The notes under the pieces: model-generated | The model's input: the letters and a program-made list of their open reading frames with translations, nothing else | The model's database searches: none | Told to the model about the DNA's origin: nothing | From: a virus | Lineage: Duplodnaviria; Caudoviricetes | DNA: 53,060 nt | IMG/VR virus record: IMGVR_UViG_3300010354_000122 | Coordinates: 1-53,060 of that record | Reading direction: 5' to 3' (one strand) | In this document: positions 35,236-44,031 of the stretch, in pieces | Position numbering within the stretch: position 1 is the first letter of the stretch | How the letters are laid out: every line of letters begins with the position of its first letter | Made by a program: the position numbers and the translations under genes

Positions 35236-35814
35236 GTGTATCCAGCAATCCTTGTGACAGACATTTCGGGAACTCCAAAAGAATGGACTGATGTCGAAAC
35301 TGCAATTTGTTATTACGCTAAAAACAAGGTTGCTTGGGAAGCTGGATCGCCGATCAAAGTATTTTATGGTGGAATCAATGCAATTACTAATAAAAGATCG
35401 TTTATCGAAGTTAATTCAATCGTTGCAGTCAATGGACCGCAGGTTACTGATAGATTATTTCGCGCTGTTCCTACTCTCGATCGTCGCACTTTGTTTGCAC
35501 GCGATCGGCATCTTTGTGCTTACTGTGGCAATAATTTTTTAGATTACCAGCTGACAAAAGAACACGTGATTCCGCAAAGTCGTGGAGGTCCAGACACTTG
35601 GACGAATGTTGTGTCAGCTTGTGTGCCATGTAACCACGAAAAAGAAGATATGACGCCTGAAGAGGCTGGAATGAAGCTGTTATATGTTCCATACACTCCA
35701 AACATGTTTGAGACGATGATTTTGCAGAATCGCAAGATACTTTTTGACCAAATGGAGTTTTTATTGTCAAGAGTACCAAAACATAGTAGATTACACCAAA
35801 ATCAAGCCGCTTAA
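35236..35814 (+). CDS. HNH endonuclease (McrA-like)
   Basis: LFARD...CAYCG, EHVIP.SRGG...WTNVV.AC..CN. Confidence 0.9.
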   Translation: MYPAILVTDISGTPKEWTDVETAICYYAKNKVAWEAGSPIKVFYGGINAITNKRSFIEVNSIVAVNGPQVTDRLFRAVPTLDRRTLFARDRHLCAYCGNNFLDYQLTKEHVIPQSRGGPDTWTNVVSACVPCNHEKEDMTPEEAGMKLLYVPYTPNMFETMILQNRKILFDQMEFLLSRVPKHSRLHQNQAA

Positions 35815-35826
35815 CGCGGCTTTTTT
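35804..35826 (+). terminator. Rho-independent terminator overlapping the HNH stop
   Basis: AAGCCGC-TTAAC-GCGGCTT running into a T run. Confidence 0.85.
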
Positions 35827-35830
35827 GTTG

Positions 35831-35838
35831 GATAAATA
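35831..35838 (+). promoter_or_regulatory. Late promoter GATAAATA at the start of the virion-cargo block
   Basis: NATAAATA directly after the terminator. Confidence 0.65.
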
Positions 35839-35865
35839 TATTACAACTAACACTGGGAGACAGCA

Positions 35866-36846
35866 GTGACGATACAACGTTTTTCCACTTTTCTTGTTGA
35901 AGCAAGAGGATTTATTAGCGCTTCGGGGGCCGACGCCGCCAGACATAAGACAAAGTATATTGATCCTCATGTTGGTTCTTCAGAGCCTACACATGAGGTA
36001 GGAAAACAAGCAGGAAATCTCTCTCCAGGTACGATGGTTCGTATCCACAGCACCCATGACGTCGAGGGTAAGCTGCATGCCGTTGTGTCTCCTGCTGGTT
36101 CAAAAGAAAAGAGTACAATCCCTGTTAATAAATTGCATAAGCCAGGTGAAGAAGCAAAAAATAAAGGGTTAGCTTACGAACACAATTTTGTAGAAAGAAT
36201 GAAACAGCATGGCTTAGCTGATCCAAAAGCATCAGGGGCTGGATCAACAGCTGGAACTGATGTAACACTAATTAACAAGAAAAAGCGTACCACACATCCA
36301 GGAAAAGTTTCTTCGTCTCAGAGTGTCTTTCGTGGAGAAGTAAAAGAAGGCGTCACAGCTGCTATGGGACAATTAACAATCAAGCACACTTCAGAAAAGG
36401 GTTGGCACGTTCCCGATAGCGCGAGAGAAAAGCGGCCCGAATATGCGAAGCACATTGAGCGTTCAGGAATTCTTGAACATATGAATGAGCATCATAACCC
36501 CGATAAGGGAGTGCAAACAACAGCTAGTGGGAGAGCTAAAACAGTCGTAATGAAACATCCAAACATGCATCCCGCTGAGGCTTATCTCCAGGATCATCAT
36601 GCCCAATTTGTTCATGTTGGTGGTCATGGAACGTACCGTGTTGGAGAAAAAGACGCCACTGGTCATGGGTTACCTCGACTCGAAGGAGAAGGAAAGTTTG
36701 TTGTTCGTGAAAAACATCTTGGCAACAAAAAAGCTCGCACGGTTATGTTCCAACCAGCCGGAAAAAAAGCTCTAACGCCAAGCCACGTAGATTTGGATAA
36801 AGATGAACATCTCGAGGATTTTAAGAAAACACTAGGCCACAAATGA
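35866..36846 (+). CDS. His-rich probable internal head protein, possible PD-(D/E)XK fold
   Basis: N-terminal RFSTFLVE leader; YE...TD...GEVK pattern; 27 His in 326 aa. Confidence 0.55.
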   Translation: MTIQRFSTFLVEARGFISASGADAARHKTKYIDPHVGSSEPTHEVGKQAGNLSPGTMVRIHSTHDVEGKLHAVVSPAGSKEKSTIPVNKLHKPGEEAKNKGLAYEHNFVERMKQHGLADPKASGAGSTAGTDVTLINKKKRTTHPGKVSSSQSVFRGEVKEGVTAAMGQLTIKHTSEKGWHVPDSAREKRPEYAKHIERSGILEHMNEHHNPDKGVQTTASGRAKTVVMKHPNMHPAEAYLQDHHAQFVHVGGHGTYRVGEKDATGHGLPRLEGEGKFVVREKHLGNKKARTVMFQPAGKKALTPSHVDLDKDEHLEDFKKTLGHK

Positions 36847-37490
36847 GTTTCCAAAACTTCCTTACAGAAGAGTCAAACGAACAAAAGCTAACACACTTAG
36901 CCCACCCTGGCGATCATGTAATTGATGCAAAAGGGGCCGGTGTTGCCCATGCGTTAAACACTCTTCGTGAGGTGCATAAGACTCTTCAAGGTAAGCCATC
37001 AAAAGCAAAGATAGCAACGAAGTATGATGGTTCTCCTTCTCTCGTGTTTGGCCATCATCCTGAGACAGGAAAGTTTTTTGTTGCTTCAAAGTCAGCATTC
37101 AACAAAAACCCAAAGCTGAACTACACGAGAAAAGATATTGAAGAGAATCATGGCCATGCTCCTGGTCTTGTGGAAAAGCTTCACCAGGCATTAAAGCACC
37201 TTCCAAAAGTAACTCCTAAGCACGGTGTGTTTCAAGGAGACGTAATGCAGACGCACGGAGATGTGCAAGAGCACGGTGAGCACCTACACATGACACCAAA
37301 CACTATTACGTACAGCGCTCATAAAGATTCCCCACACGGTAAGGTAATGAGTCGTGCTAAAGTCAGTGTTGCTGTCCACACAAAGTATGAGGGCAGCGAT
37401 CTTCAGAACATGAAGGCTAAGTATAATTATAAGCCAACAGAGTTTGGTAGCCATCCGGACGCTCACGTTATTGATACTGAGACAAAATGA
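36843..37490 (+). CDS. Ligase/nucleotidyltransferase-like protein, N-terminal half (His-rich)
   Basis: SFQNFLTE leader; KYDG (motif I-like) and FQGD (motif III-like). Confidence 0.6.
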   Translation: MSFQNFLTEESNEQKLTHLAHPGDHVIDAKGAGVAHALNTLREVHKTLQGKPSKAKIATKYDGSPSLVFGHHPETGKFFVASKSAFNKNPKLNYTRKDIEENHGHAPGLVEKLHQALKHLPKVTPKHGVFQGDVMQTHGDVQEHGEHLHMTPNTITYSAHKDSPHGKVMSRAKVSVAVHTKYEGSDLQNMKAKYNYKPTEFGSHPDAHVIDTETK

Positions 37491-38203
37491 ACATCACACC
37501 AGAAGCTTCTAAGCAAGTCGACAGACATCTTGATACAGCTGAAAGGCTTGCTAAAGGTCATGACTTTGGCCACATTGAAGGTCATGAAGAACACTTAAAA
37601 GCTTACATCAATCAAACTGTCCGTACTGGGGAAGCTCCTACGACAGAAGGTTATGTTGCTCATATTGTCAAGCGTCGGGACAAGGCAGTCGAAGAAAAGA
37701 AGTCTGAAGCTGGTAAACAGAAGACGAAAGATACACATAATGCAATGGTTGATCACATTCGTAGCAACAAGAAAAACTTTGACAGAACATTGCAAATACA
37801 TCATCATATTGAAAAAGCAAAAGATGTTTTAACAACTGCACTCAACTCGTCAGCTGATCACGATTTTGACCATACAATCAATGGCAAGCAGACAAATCCA
37901 GAAGGATATGTTGCTACAGTAAACAACAGACCGACGAAGCTTGTTCACAGAGAAGAGTTTAGCAGAGCAAACTTTGCAAAGGTTAGAGAAGAGGTTGAGC
38001 AGAAAGCTCAATCGTTAAATGAAAACTTCGATTATAAACTTGGTCCTACAGTTTATGATCTTGGTATGAAAATGCGTGGAGCCTTTGCTTATCATCCTTC
38101 AGTGTATAAGTATCTTTCAGATGAGCAAATTGATAACCTTGATGAACACGATAAAGTCTTGTTTGCAAGAACAATTAGACAACGAAACGTGGTGGATGAA
38201 TAA
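37487..38203 (+). CDS. Ligase/nucleotidyltransferase-like protein, C-terminal half
   Basis: PEGYV (motif IV-like), TKLV.R.EFSRANF (motif V-like); ATGA overlap with the upstream ORF. Confidence 0.55.
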   Translation: MNITPEASKQVDRHLDTAERLAKGHDFGHIEGHEEHLKAYINQTVRTGEAPTTEGYVAHIVKRRDKAVEEKKSEAGKQKTKDTHNAMVDHIRSNKKNFDRTLQIHHHIEKAKDVLTTALNSSADHDFDHTINGKQTNPEGYVATVNNRPTKLVHREEFSRANFAKVREEVEQKAQSLNENFDYKLGPTVYDLGMKMRGAFAYHPSVYKYLSDEQIDNLDEHDKVLFARTIRQRNVVDE

Positions 38204-39519
38204 TGGCACAATTTAGAACTGATATTAAGAAGCTTGATGGCTCCAATCTTGTAACGAGATTTGAAGTACAGATGTTGAATGACAGGCTAACGCCGGCAGG
38301 TACTTTGACGGATGCGTTTGGACGCATGCGCGTATCTGAGCCACTAACCCTCTTTGACAGCCAGCATCGCTATCAAGATAATGGTAAGTTCAATACGGCA
38401 AACAGCGCTGGCTGCAACACGGTATATCAAGCAAACGAATCCACTATAGATCTCAACGTTGGCACAACAGCAAACACTCACGTTTATAGAGAAACAACAA
38501 AAGTGTTTGCTTATCAGCCTGGCAAGTCGTTGCTTGTAATGAATACATTTGCAATGAACACACCTAAAGCTAATCTGAGACAACGCGTTGGATATTTTTC
38601 TACACAAAACGGAATATTTTTAGAAAACGACGGAACGACCAATTATCTTGTTCTGAGATCGTATGCTAACGGCACGGTCGTAGATACGAGAGTTGCTCAA
38701 ACAAACTGGAACGTTGACACGTTTGATGGTAACGGATACTCTGCACAAGGTAGTGGGCCAGAACACGGTAGTGGTCTTGATGTTTCAAAAACAAACATAT
38801 TTTGGATTGATGTGGAGTGGCTTGGAGTAGGAGATGTGCGGTGTGGATTTGTTGTTGATGGTAAGTTGGTTCCTGCTCATATTTTTCACAATGATAACCT
38901 AAGAACAACCGTCTACATGACGACAGCATGCTTACCAATTCGTTATGAGATTGAAAACACAGGTACAACAGCGTCCAACTCAACAATGAAGCAGATTTGC
39001 TCTACTGTGATATCAGAAGGCGGGTATCAACTTTTTGGTAAGCAGTTTGGTATTGGCCGCCCTCTTGCTTCTCCGAAAGATCTAACAACTGCGGCAACGT
39101 TTTACCCTGTTGTAAGTATACGCCTTCATGCAAACCGACTTGACTCAATCGTTATACCGAGAAAAGTAACGTTCGTCGGCGTGACAAACAATACAAACTA
39201 CAGATACAAGGTTGTTGTGAATCCCACCTTAGACGCAAACGCTAGCTGGGTTAATGCAACCTCCGATGGTGTATCTTCAGTTGAGTATGATTTCTCAGCA
39301 ACTGGTTATACAGGTGGTCGCGATGTTGTGATTGGATACTCAACCGTATCTAGCGGTGAGAAAGCCCAGGCGACAACACTTGAGGACGGATTGTTTAGAT
39401 TCCAGCTTGAACGAAACTCATTTACAAACACAGCTGTTGTGTTTTCATTAGTTGCAACAGGTGCAGCAAACGGTGACGACGCTCTTGGTGCAATTGAATG
39501 GGAAGAAATATTCCAATGA
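38203..39519 (+). CDS. Probable virion structural protein
   Basis: Thr/Asn/Gly-rich; DAFGR.RVS.P.TLFD, YQPGKS and WLGVG motifs typical of large-phage structural proteins. Confidence 0.6.
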   Translation: MAQFRTDIKKLDGSNLVTRFEVQMLNDRLTPAGTLTDAFGRMRVSEPLTLFDSQHRYQDNGKFNTANSAGCNTVYQANESTIDLNVGTTANTHVYRETTKVFAYQPGKSLLVMNTFAMNTPKANLRQRVGYFSTQNGIFLENDGTTNYLVLRSYANGTVVDTRVAQTNWNVDTFDGNGYSAQGSGPEHGSGLDVSKTNIFWIDVEWLGVGDVRCGFVVDGKLVPAHIFHNDNLRTTVYMTTACLPIRYEIENTGTTASNSTMKQICSTVISEGGYQLFGKQFGIGRPLASPKDLTTAATFYPVVSIRLHANRLDSIVIPRKVTFVGVTNNTNYRYKVVVNPTLDANASWVNATSDGVSSVEYDFSATGYTGGRDVVIGYSTVSSGEKAQATTLEDGLFRFQLERNSFTNTAVVFSLVATGAANGDDALGAIEWEEIFQ

Positions 39520-39899
39520 TTAGTAATATACTCTCTCTTGTTTCAGGATGGAAACTATACCTTGGTATAGCTGCAATCACAGCTGTTGCTCTTGGCTTGA
39601 TAGTTAACAAAGCTTACAACGCTGGTGAAGATAAGGCAAATGCTGAGTGGCTCGAAAAAGAACTTAAAAGAACAAAGCAACACGAAGAACAAGTGAGAAG
39701 ACAACAAGAAGAGTTGGCAAAGCTGAATGCTAACCTCGAAGCAGCGTTGAAAAATACCAAAACAATCATAAGAGAAGTGGAAAAGAAAGTCGAAGTTGAG
39801 GTCGACAAGCCAATCTATATCAATTGCAAAATGCCAGAAACAGGTACTGAAATTGCTAACGAGCTTGTAAGAAAATTGAATAAAGAGCGATCCAAATGA
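39516..39899 (+). CDS. Inner-membrane spanin (Rz-like)
   Basis: N-terminal TM, coiled coil and single C-terminal Cys; followed by a lipoprotein gene. Confidence 0.8.
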   Translation: MISNILSLVSGWKLYLGIAAITAVALGLIVNKAYNAGEDKANAEWLEKELKRTKQHEEQVRRQQEELAKLNANLEAALKNTKTIIREVEKKVEVEVDKPIYINCKMPETGTEIANELVRKLNKERSK

Positions 39900-40144
39900 T
39901 AAAGTATCTACCCTTTCTGTTGCTTTTATCTGGCTGCACAACAATCGAATATCAGAAAGAATATCTGACTCTTTCCAATGAACTTCTCCAAAAATGTCCT
40001 GAAATTCAAGAAATAGGTAAGGGTGAAGTCCCTCTAGGAGATCTGTTAAAATACACGCTTGCGCTAATGGGACAATATAATGAATGCGCAGTTCGCATGG
40101 ATAAGGTAATTGAGGCCAACGAAAAGCTAAAGAATACTAAATAA
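39896..40144 (+). CDS. Outer-membrane spanin lipoprotein (Rz1-like)
   Basis: Lipobox LLSGC; L...CP...Y.ECA. Confidence 0.82.
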   Translation: MIKYLPFLLLLSGCTTIEYQKEYLTLSNELLQKCPEIQEIGKGEVPLGDLLKYTLALMGQYNECAVRMDKVIEANEKLKNTK

Positions 40145-40177
40145 GACATCAAAGGATAAGGCTTCGGTAAACTCCTC

Positions 40178-41698
40178 ATGTCAACACCTGATTTGCTTAA
40201 TCGGACCACAGATAGGCCGATTGTACCATCAAAATACCGCCCTCGAGGCGCCAAACCTGTTCAAGACAAGATTATTGTCAATCCACCAGACACTCCTGTA
40301 AACGAGGAGGCTGAGAAAACTGCCGTAATGACGTTTGGCAGAATGAATCCCCCAACTATTGGTCATGAAAAACTTCTCAACAAAGTTGCTGAAGTTGCTA
40401 ACGAGCACGGCGGATCAGCTCATGCGTTCGTTAGCCATTCCCAAGACAAGAAAAACCCGCTTTCTCAAGATGATAAGATTGGATACGTGAAGAAGTTTGC
40501 TCCAGAAGGAGTACACGTCCACGGATCATCAAAAGACTCCCCTTCTATTATTCAGGCTGCAAAAAAGCTGCACGATAGCGGCAATAAGCATCTTGTTGTG
40601 GTTGCTGGAGAGGATAGAGTTGGAGAATATCACAAACTTCTTCACAAATATAACGATCATCCAGATCATTATAGCTTCAAGTCAATAAAGGTCGTGTCAG
40701 CTGGTAGTAGAGACCCAGATGCAGAGGGTGTTGAGGGAATGTCTGCTTCAAAAATGAGAGCTCATGCAGCTGCAGGAGAACATAAAGAGTTTAAGGCTGG
40801 ATTACCAAAAGCTTTGCATCCTCATGCAAAAGAAATGATGGATAAGGTCCGTGAAGGTCTTGGCGTTAACGAAGATGTAGTCAATGAGGTAAATCTTGAG
40901 ACGCGAATAAAGCGTGCAATGAATCTTAGACGTTACCGTGCAAAGATTCAGCAATACAAAAAGCGTGCTCAAATGCGCTATGCTTCTCCATACAATCTTC
41001 ACAAAAAAGCATTAAGATATGCAAGAATGGCTCTTAAGAAGCGATTAGCTGGTGATAAAGGACAGGCTTATACAAGCCTACCTCCATCCCAGAAAAAAGC
41101 AATCGATAGAGTTTTAACACAAAGAGTGAAACAAGTTAAACAGATTGCTACAAGAATTCAACCACGTGTAACTCAGGCTGAATTTGCAAGAATGGCATCA
41201 GCTCACGTTGGTAAGCCAAAATCTGGAACTAAAGCATTCTTTAAGGGAAAAATTCAAGTTCAAAGCTATGATGCGTTAGAGAAAAAAGCTAACGAATCCG
41301 GTTTTGATATCAAAATTATCCAAGAAGTGTTTGAAAGAGGTTATAATAGTTGGAACAACCATCTGAAAACCCGCGAACAACTCGGTTTCGAGCGTGTAAA
41401 CTCGTTTATCAATCAAGGCAAGACATATTTTGACGAAGATAAAGATCTTGCTGAGTCAGCTCTTACATATGACCGCTATGCCAAAATAACACAATTACTA
41501 AGGCTGGGTCTGGTCGATGATGACAAAAAGAAGCGTTTTCTCTCTATCCTAAATAAGATGAGGAATATCAGTGATGTAGACAAACTTCAGCTAACAGACA
41601 AAATCTTTTTAGCAAATTTGTTTGATGATATTATGGAAAAAATTGTCGATGACAATCAGTTGTTTAACAGAATGCTGTACCTGCTAAGGAGACGATAA
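40178..41698 (+). CDS. Multidomain protein with an HxGH-superfamily nucleotidyltransferase (cytidyltransferase-like) domain
   Basis: TFGRMNPPTIGHEKL, AGEDR, RDPD..G..GMSASKMR; start codon uncertain (no clear SD). Confidence 0.75.
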   Translation: MSTPDLLNRTTDRPIVPSKYRPRGAKPVQDKIIVNPPDTPVNEEAEKTAVMTFGRMNPPTIGHEKLLNKVAEVANEHGGSAHAFVSHSQDKKNPLSQDDKIGYVKKFAPEGVHVHGSSKDSPSIIQAAKKLHDSGNKHLVVVAGEDRVGEYHKLLHKYNDHPDHYSFKSIKVVSAGSRDPDAEGVEGMSASKMRAHAAAGEHKEFKAGLPKALHPHAKEMMDKVREGLGVNEDVVNEVNLETRIKRAMNLRRYRAKIQQYKKRAQMRYASPYNLHKKALRYARMALKKRLAGDKGQAYTSLPPSQKKAIDRVLTQRVKQVKQIATRIQPRVTQAEFARMASAHVGKPKSGTKAFFKGKIQVQSYDALEKKANESGFDIKIIQEVFERGYNSWNNHLKTREQLGFERVNSFINQGKTYFDEDKDLAESALTYDRYAKITQLLRLGLVDDDKKKRFLSILNKMRNISDVDKLQLTDKIFLANLFDDIMEKIVDDNQLFNRMLYLLRRR

Positions 41699-41859
41699 TG
41701 TTAGATTGGTTCAAGAAATTGCTCGAAGTAAAGAGAACAGCAAGTATCAAACCACAACCAAAAGTTGAAGAGCCAGCCGTAAAGCCACGCCGCAAGGTTA
41801 AGGCTATCAGCGGTCCAGCTAAGAAGAGTCCAGCTGGAAAGGGCATCAAGAAAAAATGA
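41698..41859 (+). CDS. 53-aa Lys/Pro-rich basic protein (absent from ORF track)
   Basis: AAGGAG RBS; TAATG and ATGA overlaps on both sides; MLDWFKKLLEVK...GKGIKKK*. Confidence 0.65.
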   Translation: MLDWFKKLLEVKRTASIKPQPKVEEPAVKPRRKVKAISGPAKKSPAGKGIKKK

Positions 41860-42971
41860 AACTGTTGCGGTTCAATGAAGATCTGCGACAGTGGTTTGAT
41901 CCAAGCCATCCGAAAGGTGGCTGGAAAAGGATCAACACAAAAGGTGAGGTAGTAGGTCCTTGTGCTAGAGAGCCAGGAGAAGCAAAGCCTAAGTGTATGT
42001 CTAATGAAAAGATAGCATCACTTAGCAAGAAGGAAAGAGCAGCTGCGGTTCGTGCAAAACGTAAGCACGATCCCAACCCAGAGAGAAAGGGTAAACCAAT
42101 TAACGTTTCCAATTATGGAAAAGGAAAGTTGAGTGAGAATATGGAACAGCTAGACGAAAAGAGCACACCAACAAATCCAAAGCTTTGGTCAAGAGCCAAG
42201 GCTCTAGCTCGTTCTAAGTTTGATGTGTATCCTTCTGCTTATGCAAATGGCTGGGCAGCAAAGTGGTACAAGTCGAAAGGTGGAGGGTGGAAATCTATGA
42301 ACGAAGCAGCTGATAAAGATCCCCGTGAGTATAACTATGAGGGGGACATGACAAAGTCTGATCTCCGTTCAATCATGGCAAATGCTCAGAAGATTCACGA
42401 CATGCTCGAGGATGATACCAACCTTCCTGAGTGGGTACAGTCGAAGGTAACGTTGGCAGAAGATTACATTTCCACAGTTGCCAACTATCTTACTGCTGAA
42501 ATGAATGAAGAAAAGATGCCTGAATTAAAGCGTCTTGGTTCTAATCCCGGAAAGTTTAAAAAGCTTGTTGCAAGAGTTCTTGGCCAAAGAGCTGCCAAAA
42601 AGATTGATGGAACAGATGGATCTAGAATCATGGCCAAAGCCAAGAAAGATGGAAACACAGATTTGTTCCGCAAGGGCTCTTTCATTAAGAACTTTTATGG
42701 TGAAGAAACTGACCTTGAAGAAAAGACAATGGGAAAGCCATTCCGTACACCAGGCGGTCCTAAGAAGTTTGCTGTTTACGTTAAGAATCCAGAATCTGGA
42801 AACGTAAAGAAAGTGACGTTCGGTGATCCAAACCTTTCAATCAAAAGAGACAGTCCTGAAAGAAGAAAGTCTTTCAGAGCAAGACACAATTGTGAGAATC
42901 CAGGTCCAAGAACAAAAGCCAGATATTGGAGCTGTAGACAGTGGAGAGCTGGCGCAAAGGTGGAGGCATAA
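41856..42971 (+). CDS. Multi-module probable internal head protein
   Basis: About five small modules separated by FNE, LDE, MNE, MNEE and LEE linkers. Confidence 0.65.
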   Translation: MKLLRFNEDLRQWFDPSHPKGGWKRINTKGEVVGPCAREPGEAKPKCMSNEKIASLSKKERAAAVRAKRKHDPNPERKGKPINVSNYGKGKLSENMEQLDEKSTPTNPKLWSRAKALARSKFDVYPSAYANGWAAKWYKSKGGGWKSMNEAADKDPREYNYEGDMTKSDLRSIMANAQKIHDMLEDDTNLPEWVQSKVTLAEDYISTVANYLTAEMNEEKMPELKRLGSNPGKFKKLVARVLGQRAAKKIDGTDGSRIMAKAKKDGNTDLFRKGSFIKNFYGEETDLEEKTMGKPFRTPGGPKKFAVYVKNPESGNVKKVTFGDPNLSIKRDSPERRKSFRARHNCENPGPRTKARYWSCRQWRAGAKVEA

Positions 42972-43420
42972 TGGACGAACTGCATAGACTATTAAATAAA
43001 GTACTTGCTGATACGTTTGTGTTGGCGCTAAAGACTCAGAACGTTCATTGGAATGTTGAAGATCCAGACTTCTACGCTTACCATAAGTTCACACAAGATA
43101 TGTACGAAGAGCTTTTTGGCGCTGTTGATCCTATTGCTGAACATATTAGAAGCACAGATGGATATGCTGTTGGTTCGCTCGGCCAGTATCTTCAAATGAA
43201 ATCGATTGATGAGTTTGTTGTGTTGCCTCGTCCATTGCAGGCATTCAGTGAGCTATTGAACGATCACCAAAAAGTAATTAATGTTTTGATGGAAGCTTTC
43301 CATATGGCTGAAAAGTTTATGGAGCACGGCCTATCAAACTTTATACAAGATAGAATGGATGCACACAAAAAGCATATGTGGATGTTAAGAGCAACTGTAA
43401 AGAACAGAGAAGATGAATAA
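42971..43420 (+). CDS. dps: Dps family ferritin-like protein
   Basis: HWNVE..DF...H......Y.E....VD.IAE.IR and H.K..WML; GGAGG RBS. Confidence 0.9.
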   Translation: MDELHRLLNKVLADTFVLALKTQNVHWNVEDPDFYAYHKFTQDMYEELFGAVDPIAEHIRSTDGYAVGSLGQYLQMKSIDEFVVLPRPLQAFSELLNDHQKVINVLMEAFHMAEKFMEHGLSNFIQDRMDAHKKHMWMLRATVKNREDE

Positions 43421-44021
43421 ATTTAAAAGTTTAGAAAGCAAGATCAGAGACATTTTTAGAGGCCTGCGTACCGAAGCCTCTTATGTTAGTATGCGTACTG
43501 CAATTAGGCAAGTTGCAGAAGCAAAGAAGCATAGAATTGAAACACATGCTCTCGATCAGATTTCTGCTGGCACATATCAGACAAAACATTTTGAGATGTG
43601 CCCATCAGCTCAGAAACTATACACAAACCTTCCGAAAAGTGTTGATCCAATGGATGCTGAGGAAGGCGCTATTTTACAAGATAAATTGTTTGCGTTAGAA
43701 AAAGCTGTTCTATCCAAGGGTCGTTCATCTCAACAGGACGTAGATACTGCAACACAATTAGTTGATAAGACGTTACGTGTTGCTGATAGAATGGGATTGC
43801 GTAAACAGCACGATCAATATTTGCAAATGCATCTTGGAAAAATTGAAAGCCACCTAAAGCCTGATAAGATGGAAACTGGCAAGATGGAAAAAGCAAGATT
43901 CAAGCATGCCTCTTACGAACCAACAATAGAGACCCCAGATATGGATATTGACAACTCGAAGTTTAAGATTTCGAGAAGTATCAAGGGTCAACGCAAACTA
44001 AAGATTATAGATAACGACTAG
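43413..44021 (+). CDS. Hypothetical protein, probably a head protein
   Basis: Continuous late operon; KFKSLE..IR leader; C-terminal K.KIID. Confidence 0.55.
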   Translation: MNKFKSLESKIRDIFRGLRTEASYVSMRTAIRQVAEAKKHRIETHALDQISAGTYQTKHFEMCPSAQKLYTNLPKSVDPMDAEEGAILQDKLFALEKAVLSKGRSSQQDVDTATQLVDKTLRVADRMGLRKQHDQYLQMHLGKIESHLKPDKMETGKMEKARFKHASYEPTIETPDMDIDNSKFKISRSIKGQRKLKIIDND

Positions 44022-44031
44022 GAGCAACAAA

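Noticed and set aside
35236-35814. HNH gene as a mobile homing endonuclease or intron
   Set aside because: It is free-standing with its own RBS and terminator, interrupts no gene, and shows no obvious extra DNA-binding domain
35851-35868. CACTG/CAGTG hairpin around the RBS of the 35866 ORF
   Set aside because: Only 5 bp with an 8-nt loop and wholly downstream of the late start; too weak to call regulatory
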